Virus record (IMG/VR): IMGVR_UViG_3300034072_001021
Span: 62,001 to 126,000 of that record
Reading direction: 5' to 3' (one strand)
DNA: 64,000 nucleotides
Within the stretch, counting starts at the first letter, position 1. Every line of letters begins with the position of its first letter. The notes below the pieces were generated by a model. The model was not told the origin of the DNA. It searched no databases and worked only from the letters and a program-made list of their open reading frames with translations. The position numbers and the translations under genes were made by a program. Shown in pieces: positions 45,927 to 54,415 of this stretch.

Positions 45927-46640
45927 TTACGCCACGCGCAGGTTGTTCGGGTGCAGACCCTCGACCAACTTCTGCATCACCTTGGCAGCGGCTTCAGACT
46001 TGGTGATCTTGCCGTTCTTGTCGATATCCAGGCCTTTGTTCTGTACGTACGCTTTCGACTTGGTGTTCATCTTGTCGAAGAGCACGTAGTCGGAAGGCTT
46101 ACCAACAGCAGCAGGCCAGAGTATCCTCATATAGACGTCGGACAGATCCTTCAGCTTGCCTTTGTACGGCTTGAAGAAATTGTAGACGTACTGAAGCTGT
46201 TGTACGTTGGTCATCTTCAGCAGCTGAGCGATAGTGGTACCGGCGTCCTTGGCAGCAGCAGCGCCGAACTGAATGATGCCGTAGTACGGAGCGCCAGCGC
46301 CGTTCTGGATGGTCGGAGAGAACGTACCACCAGTCTCGAACGCCATGCATGCCAGCAGTTCATCGGTGCCTTGGAACGTCATGCCGAGATCTTTGGCAAT
46401 GCGCTTGGTCTCGGCGATGAACTCATCAGAGACCCTGGCGGACCAGGCATGGGCTTTGCAGTACTTGAACAGCAGTTCACTGAAGCCAGCCGGAGGAGTT
46501 ACCGAGTTGGTACCTGCCATACGACGAGCATTGAGGAAAGCACCATGGCTAAGTTGACCCCAGGCACCATCGATGGCACCTGCATAGATACCAAGTGCTT
46601 TCATGTCACGTTGCAGATCTTTCAGCAGAGCGGTAGACAT
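45927..46640 (-). CDS. modular endolysin: PG-binding domain plus lysozyme/lytic-transglycosylase-like domain
   Basis: LQRDMKALGIYAGAIDGAWG peptidoglycan-binding motif; MAFETG catalytic Glu; GIIQF; NKGLD..KNGKIT. Confidence 0.85.
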   Translation of the reverse strand: MSTALLKDLQRDMKALGIYAGAIDGAWGQLSHGAFLNARRMAGTNSVTPPAGFSELLFKYCKAHAWSARVSDEFIAETKRIAKDLGMTFQGTDELLACMAFETGGTFSPTIQNGAGAPYYGIIQFGAAAAKDAGTTIAQLLKMTNVQQLQYVYNFFKPYKGKLKDLSDVYMRILWPAAVGKPSDYVLFDKMNTKSKAYVQNKGLDIDKNGKITKSEAAAKVMQKLVEGLHPNNLRVA

Positions 46641-46641
46641 C

Positions 46642-47280
46642 TCACATCTCCTTGCTTTCGAGGTATTCTTTCAGCTTGTCGTAGCAGTCACGCTCACGAG
46701 TGAAAGGATAGTTGTCGATGGATTCGTTGACATGTTCTTCTTCAGAACCCGTCATCTTCCAGTCCAGACGAATGCCTTCACCCACAACAGCCAGCGGTGT
46801 GCTAACAGTTGTCTCGTAACGAGTGATGTGTACTGCGTTACGGTACGAGAACGGAGTCAACGGCAGTTCACGCCAGATGACCGCACTGGCGACTTGCTCA
46901 GCAGCTTCTTGGGTGTAGCTGTTGAGTTTCATCGGGTCGGCCAGCACTTTTGTCGACAGGAAGTCGTTGATGATGGCGTCTTCCAGATAGAGCATCTTCG
47001 GTACATTTGAAGACTTCATCCGGAAGTACATCTTCGTAGCATTCGGACGACCACGCGGAGCGTAGATCTTGGCCTGGCCGCCTTCATGTGGCGGCTTGTC
47101 GAATTCAGGCCACCATTCGACGGTATACCCTACGATGGTGTAGTGAAGGTCGCTCAGGTACGTGAAACACGCAGCGTCTTTGATGCGGCAGTTAACACGC
47201 AGTTTCACACCAGTGTCATCTGTCAGACGCATTACACGGAAGTGACCACGATCTGGGCCAGTATAAAGTTCATCGGGCAT
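46642..47280 (-). CDS. hypothetical protein
   Basis: Tightly packed between the oxygenase and endolysin genes. Confidence 0.6.
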   Translation of the reverse strand: MPDELYTGPDRGHFRVMRLTDDTGVKLRVNCRIKDAACFTYLSDLHYTIVGYTVEWWPEFDKPPHEGGQAKIYAPRGRPNATKMYFRMKSSNVPKMLYLEDAIINDFLSTKVLADPMKLNSYTQEAAEQVASAVIWRELPLTPFSYRNAVHITRYETTVSTPLAVVGEGIRLDWKMTGSEEEHVNESIDNYPFTRERDCYDKLKEYLESKEM

Positions 47281-47288
47281 GGACGCAC

Positions 47289-47846
47289 CTAAAGGAGTTT
47301 AGTGACGTAGTACTCATGCAACAGAGACAAACGAATGTCTTCGGTCACATGACTGACACTGTGGTTGATGTAACTCGGGAAAATGTAGATGTCGCCTTTC
47401 TTCGGCGAGATCCGCAGATTAGCGAAGTGATGATTACGCATCGGCTTGGGATAACCACGAGCAGCATTACACCGAGGGTCGAACATGTTCAATGCATTCT
47501 CTGAATCCGACGGATAACAGATAGCGGAGATCACAGACCCAGGATGCAGGTGTGGGAATAGCCCTTCACCCGGAGGAATCCACTTGCCGTTTGTCTCGAC
47601 ATAGAATTCGTCCATTTCGTAATTGAAGCTGTGCTTCGAAAACTCCATGACAGCCGGGGTGATAATCTTGTCACGCATTTCAATGATGACAGGATAGTGT
47701 TCAGCCAAGACTTTTACCTGACTGTCATCTTCACCGCCCGTCATTGAATAGAGCGTGAACACCTCATTCGCAAACAAATCCATATCAAACTGATCGGCTA
47801 CGTTGAAGTGTGCGATCTCAGTGATCCATGGCTGCAAGTATTTCAT
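47289..47846 (-). CDS. Fe(II)/2-oxoglutarate oxygenase (TIGR02466-like)
   Basis: GGAGG RBS; PHLHPGSVISAICYP, FDPR, PKKGDIYIFPSYINHSV, IRLSL. Confidence 0.85.
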   Translation of the reverse strand: MKYLQPWITEIAHFNVADQFDMDLFANEVFTLYSMTGGEDDSQVKVLAEHYPVIIEMRDKIITPAVMEFSKHSFNYEMDEFYVETNGKWIPPGEGLFPHLHPGSVISAICYPSDSENALNMFDPRCNAARGYPKPMRNHHFANLRISPKKGDIYIFPSYINHSVSHVTEDIRLSLLHEYYVTKLL

Positions 47847-47847
47847 C

Positions 47848-48279
47848 TTAACCTCCCATGACAGAGCTAAGACCTTCCTCCGTGCACTCGAGTAGACAGT
47901 ACTTGACTGTCTGAGGTGCCCAGCCAGACTCCAACCAGTTTGGCATCGTCTTAAGACGCTCAATGATCTGGTCGTAAGTGGTGGGGTCTTTATCGTAAGT
48001 GACGAAGTAATGGTCGTGACCTAGGAACAGGTCTTCATCACGCAGGGTTTCGTAAATATCAATGCCATAGATCTCTTTAAGCTTGAACGCGTAAATGATC
48101 GCTACAGCATACGACTTGGCCGGATAGATCAATGGGAACGTTGCTTCCTTGAAATAGTGCAAGGCGTTCTCTACCAGCTCTTCTTCTTCGATAATCTCCA
48201 TGTTCTGGAAATCATCGGGATGATTCACTACCAGCTCTTCGTAGAGAAGCTGGTATTCCTTATACGGTTTGGAATTCAT
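47848..48279 (-). CDS. acidic hypothetical protein in the radical SAM cluster
   Basis: Coupled to both neighbours; YPAKSYAVAIIYA motif. Confidence 0.65.
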   Translation of the reverse strand: MNSKPYKEYQLLYEELVVNHPDDFQNMEIIEEEELVENALHYFKEATFPLIYPAKSYAVAIIYAFKLKEIYGIDIYETLRDEDLFLGHDHYFVTYDKDPTTYDQIIERLKTMPNWLESGWAPQTVKYCLLECTEEGLSSVMGG

Positions 48280-48703
48280 AATTGCTCACAAATGTGACCC
48301 GTAATTCAGGTTCGGGAGACGGTCTGACGTAATGAATCCAGCTGGCAGGGAATATGATCATTTTACCTTCTTCAGGGATAATCACGTTCTCACTACCGTC
48401 TGGCATGTTCATTACCAACTCACCCAATGAGTCAGTCAGGAATACCACTGAGGTGAATTCGTGAGGCAGGTGATCATGCGGCTTCACACCGACATCACCA
48501 ATGTGCACATGGTTAGCGCACAACCACAGGTCTTCACGTCCAGTGACCAACTGAGCCACAGGAAGAATGTGATCAATCGCCCATTGATTGAGTTTGCTCG
48601 AAGCAATGACGCCCAGATTGGGTTCAGCCAATAACTCAGCCAAAAGCCAATCTGGGACATCTACGCTAGAACATCCCATTTGTTTCGCATTCTCACCAGA
48701 CAT
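48260..48703 (-). CDS. Fe(II)/2-oxoglutarate oxygenase
   Basis: PHDH...TSVVFL, PEEGKMIIFPASWIHYV, RVTF (HxH...H...R); start uncertain (48703 or 48679). Confidence 0.8.
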   Translation of the reverse strand: MSGENAKQMGCSSVDVPDWLLAELLAEPNLGVIASSKLNQWAIDHILPVAQLVTGREDLWLCANHVHIGDVGVKPHDHLPHEFTSVVFLTDSLGELVMNMPDGSENVIIPEEGKMIIFPASWIHYVRPSPEPELRVTFVSNYEFQTV

Positions 48704-49686
48704 TCGTCTACCCCTAAGTGCGACATGACCGAGTGTATATCGCCGCGTGCACACCGATTGACGTGCATGCATTTACTACACAGGTCGCTAGTGCTCCACT
48801 TGATCAACTCAGTCAGATAAATTGATTCGTAGAACTCTTCGATAGACTCTGGTGTCCACGGTTGTTCAAGAGCAAACGCTTGATCGAAGATAGGGAACTT
48901 TTCAATCAGCGTAGGTGTATAGAACAACTCACCTTGCCGATAGGTCAGCTCTAAGCTATCTGTGGGAGGCTTGATCAGATAACGGTTGTACGGCGTATCG
49001 CGACACTCTTGAATGACATCGCAAAACTTACCAAACTCGTTCAAGAATAGTTGCCGATTGATCAGGTCATCAAACCCTCGGCGAACATGAGGGAAGACAT
49101 ACTCAACAAGCCTTCTCACACCAAAGTTCAATTCATGAAGATCTTGGTTGGCCTTCGGAGTAAAGTCACGTACAGAGTCACCAGTCATATTCACCGTCAA
49201 GTAAAGCAATTCGAACTTTACATCGGGTAGATGACTGATTACAAAGTCCACTCGACGTTTTACCAGATCTTGGTGTTTCTGGTTGTATGTGCTTTTGAGT
49301 GGAAACGGAGTTGCCAGTGTGAACGACTTACCTGCCATCAGTACATTCACTTTAGCACAGAGTTCTTCTAAACCATCATCGGACAATAACGCCAGCGGTA
49401 GCACGATACTTTCGTAACGTTCTGCTAGATCCTTGACCAACGGATGATCGAGAATATCAATCCCTGCCTTAGACGCAATCACGTCCACTGGCCCCACTGT
49501 GAACTCACGCAGCCGATAACCCCCTTGAGCCATCTGGTCAACCAATGTAATCAAACGCTCACGGTCATTATCGAAAGGACCGGGATCAAAGTCCCGGTCA
49601 ACCATGCAACCGACACACTGGTACTTACAACCCTGCAATATCTCAAGCGTCAGGTTAAACGCCTGGTTTGGAATTATTGCTGACAT
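48661..49686 (-). CDS. divergent radical SAM-like protein
   Basis: GCKYQCVGC (CxxxCxxC); GPVD where GGE is expected; C-terminal CSKC..VNRC...C cluster. Confidence 0.75.
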   Translation of the reverse strand: MSAIIPNQAFNLTLEILQGCKYQCVGCMVDRDFDPGPFDNDRERLITLVDQMAQGGYRLREFTVGPVDVIASKAGIDILDHPLVKDLAERYESIVLPLALLSDDGLEELCAKVNVLMAGKSFTLATPFPLKSTYNQKHQDLVKRRVDFVISHLPDVKFELLYLTVNMTGDSVRDFTPKANQDLHELNFGVRRLVEYVFPHVRRGFDDLINRQLFLNEFGKFCDVIQECRDTPYNRYLIKPPTDSLELTYRQGELFYTPTLIEKFPIFDQAFALEQPWTPESIEEFYESIYLTELIKWSTSDLCSKCMHVNRCARGDIHSVMSHLGVDECLVRMRNKWDVLA

Positions 49687-50707
49687 GACTAAGCCCCACT
49701 AGACAGTCACGGATCTTCATGCGCTCCATGATGTTGATGATCCCCTTCTCACTGCAGCTACTCATGTAGACGCACGTCATGCAGGGAGTGTCAGCCAAGT
49801 ACTCCATAGCTTTGTTCATGGCCTTCTGACGGGTATCGAGAAGATTCTCCATTGTCCAGGGCTTGGGGATGGTGAACTCGTCTTCAATAAACGGACAGTC
49901 GTCTTTGAGGAAGGGCACCCAGTACAATTTACCGCCGGTGTACAGCAAGTTCACCATAGTGCCTGTATGGTAGCACAGATCGGGATTACGGCGACGCTCA
50001 TCTTCACCAGACAACCCAGAATAGAACTGAGTGATGCGGTGTGACATGCGCTTGATATTCTCGCCAACAATCAGATCCTTGTTCGGTAAACGACCGTACG
50101 GGATATTCAAGATGTCATCTTTGTCCACAGGGAACTCGACATCAAATCCGTTCATCATCATTTCGTCAAAGTCTTCACCCACAGTCTCGTGAGTGCAGTT
50201 CACCACAAACCCAGCTTCGTTCAGATAAGCATCTTTAAGATGCTCTTTTACGAAGTTCAGTTTGGAGACGATCATGTCAGAGAACTTATTCGACTTGAAA
50301 AAGTGCGGAGCAGCAGGCATCAGGAAACGGACTGCTTTGCCAGGGATCGCGCGATCGATCTCTTCACACATCACCGCGTACTTGTCCATGTCTTTCTCAA
50401 GGAACGCAGCGTTGAAGGTCACCTGATGGAACTCTTGCGCCATCTCACGGAACACTGGGTGCTCCATGACTTCATTGACGTTATCGGCAGACATGTAGTC
50501 AGTAGGGCCAATACCGAGATCGAATGCAACGTAACCGTTGTCAACCATCTCATTGATCAATGCACTCAATTCAGGGATGTCATTAACATCCCCGCCCAGC
50601 GTACGATCGATCATGCAGCCAGAACAGCTGTGTTGACATCCACGGAAGATGTCAAGGGTGATTTCAAGACGTTGCCGGTGTTGAACCGACCCGTATGCCA
50701 TTTTCAT
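49655..50707 (-). CDS. divergent radical SAM-like protein, paralog of the 48661 gene
   Basis: GCQHSCSGC; GPTD; C-terminal CMTC..MSSC...C cluster. Confidence 0.75.
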   Translation of the reverse strand: MKMAYGSVQHRQRLEITLDIFRGCQHSCSGCMIDRTLGGDVNDIPELSALINEMVDNGYVAFDLGIGPTDYMSADNVNEVMEHPVFREMAQEFHQVTFNAAFLEKDMDKYAVMCEEIDRAIPGKAVRFLMPAAPHFFKSNKFSDMIVSKLNFVKEHLKDAYLNEAGFVVNCTHETVGEDFDEMMMNGFDVEFPVDKDDILNIPYGRLPNKDLIVGENIKRMSHRITQFYSGLSGEDERRRNPDLCYHTGTMVNLLYTGGKLYWVPFLKDDCPFIEDEFTIPKPWTMENLLDTRQKAMNKAMEYLADTPCMTCVYMSSCSEKGIINIMERMKIRDCLVGLSHVSNNSKPGV

Positions 50708-51626
50708 GTGAACCCCATTTATCGATTAGTCCGCGGAACCCATTGCAGGAGTTCTCCAAGGATTTGACATCACGTAAGTGCTCAGAGAGACAGTGACCGT
50801 TATACGGACAAGTCGAGCAGATAGGATTGCTATTGACTCGAGACTTCTCCAACTCACACCATTGCCGATATGCATCAAGGCTATCGAGCGTCAAGAAAAA
50901 CTCATTGTCGTTCTCATCGAACTCCAGTACAGCATAGTCGCCAGTCGGAGTGATGTAGACATGGTCATCACTGTACGCGTTACGAGTCTTCTCAAACGCT
51001 TCTTTGACCTGCGTCTCGTTTTCGAAGTAGAAGGTTCGTTCAGGATGTTCGATAACTGCCCAGACGAACTCTTCAAACTCCTTGTACGTCACATTTTGCT
51101 GGTTTGCCTGATTCGAGCTGTAAGGCTTGATCTCAGCGCTTTTCAGGTTACCCAGGAGGTTCATCGTCTGAACGTACAAGTCGGGCGTGACGGTGTCCAG
51201 AAAGGCCCTAGAAGCCAATGTCAGCACATTGAACGGCTGAGTCATCAGTAACATGTTCTGCAACACGTTCTCGTTACGCTCACGTGCACCGAAATCGTAA
51301 GACACTGAGAACTCGTAACACTGATCATGGACAATGTCAGGCATGAACGACAAGTTGGTCTGTATCACGATGTCATCGATACCACGTGCGTAGAGGATAT
51401 CGAGGATAGTGTACAGATACTCTTCCTTGAGTAGTAGAACTTCGCCACCATAGAGGTCAACGTGCCCGATGGTATAATGTTCCATGATCTCGTCAATCAT
51501 AGCCGCTACACGATCAGGACTGATGCACGTAACATCAGACAATTGCGTTGGTGTTAGGTAGCAGAAATCACACCGGAAGTTGCAGTAGTACCATGGATTC
51601 AGTGACACATTTAGATGCGTTTTCAT
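50664..51626 (-). CDS. radical SAM protein with SPASM/twitch-like C-terminus
   Basis: YCNFRCDFC, LYGGE, QTNLS, YITPTG, CSTCPYNGHC..EH...CNG. Confidence 0.9.
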   Translation of the reverse strand: MKTHLNVSLNPWYYCNFRCDFCYLTPTQLSDVTCISPDRVAAMIDEIMEHYTIGHVDLYGGEVLLLKEEYLYTILDILYARGIDDIVIQTNLSFMPDIVHDQCYEFSVSYDFGARERNENVLQNMLLMTQPFNVLTLASRAFLDTVTPDLYVQTMNLLGNLKSAEIKPYSSNQANQQNVTYKEFEEFVWAVIEHPERTFYFENETQVKEAFEKTRNAYSDDHVYITPTGDYAVLEFDENDNEFFLTLDSLDAYRQWCELEKSRVNSNPICSTCPYNGHCLSEHLRDVKSLENSCNGFRGLIDKWGSHENGIRVGSTPATS

Positions 51627-51754
51627 TTAGCTGCTCGTATGATCATGGTAATGGTCGACAGCTTAAACAAGTCCTCAACTAACCAGATGAACAGTGGTTC
51701 TTTTTCGACATACAGGTTCTTGAGATGATAATCGATGAATTCTTCTGTTCTCAT
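51623..51754 (-). CDS. 43-aa peptide (not in ORF track)
   Basis: MRTEEFIDYHLKNLYVEKEPLFIWLVEDLFKLSTITMIIRAAK; starts 2 nt after the upstream stop; its TGA overlaps the next ATG; AAGGG RBS. Confidence 0.6.
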   Translation of the reverse strand: MRTEEFIDYHLKNLYVEKEPLFIWLVEDLFKLSTITMIIRAAK

Positions 51755-51756
51755 GA

Positions 51757-52845
51757 TTAGCCCTTAGCAATGAGCTGTACGGATTCGTCCACGTAAGGCG
51801 TAGGGGTCATGTATTCTGACATCCCGTTGATCTCGATGATACGTGGAGCCAATGTCTTCATCTTCTTGCAGTGGTGTTCTACCAGCCCCATCTTTTTGGT
51901 ATCTGCAATGGTCTTCTTGCAACCATTGCAGATGCTGAACATAGGACAGACATAGCACGACTGCTTCATGGTCTGAATATCGTCAGCCTCTTGAAGAGGT
52001 GTGAAGAATTCGCCAGCCATTTCTTTTTCGAAGTCGACGGGATATGCGCCATCATCACCAAACGCACCACACGTGAAGTACCCACCGCCTGGCTGCATGG
52101 CACGGATACCTTCATCGCAGTTTCTGGCTAGTGGGCAAGTGGTGTTGGCAGACTTCAATCGCCGAGCCATCTGTTTGGTATTGTACTCCCACTCCATTAG
52201 GCCTGCATCGTAGATCTGAATGTAGTGTTCGTACATATCCGCTTGAGTGAAGAAATTATCCTCACTGCCCATGACGATGCCACGATTATTGATCTTGGGA
52301 CCAGAAGCCATGACGTAATTGATCTTGGCTTCTACACCGAGTTCCTTAGCCAACCTGACAGTATCAAGAACGGAGTGACGATTGTCTTCATCAATGACCG
52401 CAATGAAGTCAAGGCTGTATCCGATCATCTCTGTAAACAGTGCGTTTACATTCCTGAAGTCTTCTTCAGTGAAGACCGTGCCATCGCCCTTGATGCGTTT
52501 GTCACCATATTGGAATGATGTGGTGATGCCTAGACGTGGATGACGGAACAATTCTGTCCACAGCTCAGGCTTCTTGTAGAACGGCCAAAGGTTACTGGTG
52601 AAACTGATACTTGCCTCAGAACCCAGACGATCCAGCATCGCAATCATCTCCCAGTAATACTCAGGAGGCATCATGAGCGGATCACCACCATTCACAATGA
52701 TGGTCCGTGTCTCTGGATAACGAGTGATGAAACGTTCGATGTCAGCAATGGTGACAATGTCATCACGGTTATCTGACAGGTGAGTACTTGAGCAGAACGT
52801 GCACCTGAAGTTACAGGCTACCGTCGGCTTAACGATAAGATCCAT
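51757..52845 (-). CDS. radical SAM/SPASM protein
   Basis: ACNFRCTFC, NGGDP, FTSNL, CPLARNC, TCG, CYVCPMFSICNGC...HC. Confidence 0.92.
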   Translation of the reverse strand: MDLIVKPTVACNFRCTFCSSTHLSDNRDDIVTIADIERFITRYPETRTIIVNGGDPLMMPPEYYWEMIAMLDRLGSEASISFTSNLWPFYKKPELWTELFRHPRLGITTSFQYGDKRIKGDGTVFTEEDFRNVNALFTEMIGYSLDFIAVIDEDNRHSVLDTVRLAKELGVEAKINYVMASGPKINNRGIVMGSEDNFFTQADMYEHYIQIYDAGLMEWEYNTKQMARRLKSANTTCPLARNCDEGIRAMQPGGGYFTCGAFGDDGAYPVDFEKEMAGEFFTPLQEADDIQTMKQSCYVCPMFSICNGCKKTIADTKKMGLVEHHCKKMKTLAPRIIEINGMSEYMTPTPYVDESVQLIAKG

Positions 52846-52849
52846 TGCG

Positions 52850-53086
52850 TCACCGATTGTGCGGAAATGGTTTTTGTTTCATCAGTTCTGTCGCTTTGGC
52901 TGAGAATGGTTCTGAACCATCTTCCCTTGCAGACAACACATAAGCGAATTCTTTACCTGGACGATGTTCTAGCACGTAGAGTTTATCGCCGTGACGAGCA
53001 TGTAGAAACGCAGGATGATCACCGCATGCATCGGTTTGAATAACACATCCGGCGTACGCAACATCACCAACCTTGAAAAGAGCCAT
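52850..53086 (-). CDS. small hypothetical protein (SH3-like FKVGD start)
   Basis: GGAG RBS before MALFKVGD; ends 4 nt before the radical SAM gene. Confidence 0.6.
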   Translation of the reverse strand: MALFKVGDVAYAGCVIQTDACGDHPAFLHARHGDKLYVLEHRPGKEFAYVLSAREDGSEPFSAKATELMKQKPFPHNR

Positions 53087-53169
53087 GGTCAACTCCATTA
53101 AAATTATCATACCGATTAGCCTGTTATGTTTTAAATACTCGGTATTTTCTATAGACCATAACAGGAGCC

Positions 53170-54186
53170 ATGGAAATGGACAAAGTACACATTGTTGTTA
53201 GCCGTCTGATGAACAACTTCGGTATCCTTCCTCAGGGTATTGTGATCGGTGGAAAACGCGTGTTCTTCCATAACGACCCGCGCATGTCGGCTGATGGAGA
53301 CACCGTCCACTTTAACTTCGATTACATGATCACCGACGGTACCATCAAGATCGACAGTGACGTAGATGCAGAGAGTATTGTTCCTGCGCACATGTTGTCG
53401 ATCACCAAGCGGTATAACAAGTTCGAGCAAATGACCCGCCTTCGCAACTTTGCTACCGAGCAAGCAAAGAAGGGCAAGTTCGACATCGACAACTTCGTTG
53501 TGCCGGGTGTCTGGTACAACAAACAACAATCCGGTCTGTCTAACCTGGTCATTCCAGATGAAGAGACGGTCATTGTCAAACCGGCCGATGGTGCTCGTGG
53601 TATCGGTCAGTTCATGGTGAAACTGGATAAGATCCCATTCGTGGTATTTGTCGAGACACTCGATCGGTACCGCTTAGGGAAAATAACTGAAGAGCAGTTT
53701 TGGTTAGGACTCAATAAGTTCTCAGGTTGCTATGTCTATTCCACGGCTGGCGAACATTACGAGAACGAAGGTCTTCTTTCCCTGAAGAACCAAGGCTACG
53801 TAGTTCAGGGTTTTGTTAAAGACGTCTGCTCTGAATACCGACTCTTGACCGATCTTGATGGTAAGATCGCTTACTGTCAAATGCGAGGTATCCGCGATAA
53901 AGATCAGTCTGAATTCCCTCAGGCTACTGGGTCGGACACCAACAGCATCGAGGGCAGTGATATCGTCCCTATCGATGAAGTCGTTAATAAACGCACTCTC
54001 AGAGATCTGAATGCGGTTGCATCAAAAGTCGTTGGGCCTCTCAGTTCTATCGATCTCTTCTTAACCGAAGATGGTCGTTGGGGGATCTTCGAGTACTGCA
54101 ACCAGTTCGGCATCAAGGGCGTTCCAATGGAGACGACGTTCAAACTCCATTACGACTTTATTGAACGACTCATTGGAGATAAGTGA
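53170..54186 (+). CDS. ATP-grasp family ligase (RimK-like)
   Basis: VIVKPADGARGIG, YVVQGFV, EYRLL, SIDLFL...GIFEYCNQFG in ATP-grasp order; AGGAG RBS. Confidence 0.7.
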   Translation: MEMDKVHIVVSRLMNNFGILPQGIVIGGKRVFFHNDPRMSADGDTVHFNFDYMITDGTIKIDSDVDAESIVPAHMLSITKRYNKFEQMTRLRNFATEQAKKGKFDIDNFVVPGVWYNKQQSGLSNLVIPDEETVIVKPADGARGIGQFMVKLDKIPFVVFVETLDRYRLGKITEEQFWLGLNKFSGCYVYSTAGEHYENEGLLSLKNQGYVVQGFVKDVCSEYRLLTDLDGKIAYCQMRGIRDKDQSEFPQATGSDTNSIEGSDIVPIDEVVNKRTLRDLNAVASKVVGPLSSIDLFLTEDGRWGIFEYCNQFGIKGVPMETTFKLHYDFIERLIGDK

Positions 54187-54187
54187 C

Positions 54188-54376
54188 ATGTCTCAAGATT
54201 CAGTTGAAATGAAGTACGATCCAGCTGATGGCGGCATGGCCCCGTCCCCGAACATTGCCAGTCATTGGCGTACGTTCAATGGCGACACCGCATGGATGTA
54301 CAATCCGTGGACAGGTGAGCTGCGGGATGCACGCGATGTGGGTTCCGATCCACAAGGCATACTGATCACTCCGTAA
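54188..54376 (+). CDS. small conserved phage protein (62 aa)
   Basis: GGAG RBS; YDPA.G...HWR...AWMYNPWTG..RD..DVGSDP.G pattern. Confidence 0.65.
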   Translation: MSQDSVEMKYDPADGGMAPSPNIASHWRTFNGDTAWMYNPWTGELRDARDVGSDPQGILITP

Positions 54377-54383
54377 TAGCGGA

Positions 54384-54412
54384 CATAGGGGAGGGCTGAG
54401 CCCTCCCCTATG
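54384..54412. terminator. bidirectional hairpin between convergent genes
   Basis: Perfect 13-bp stem CATAGGGGAGGGC/GCCCTCCCCTATG. Confidence 0.7.
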
Positions 54413-54415
54413 CCG

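Noticed and set aside
21994-53146. CTCGGTATT 9-mer at 21994, 22075 and 53138 as an operator
   Set aside because: Only three copies with no consistent spacing to starts; could be chance.
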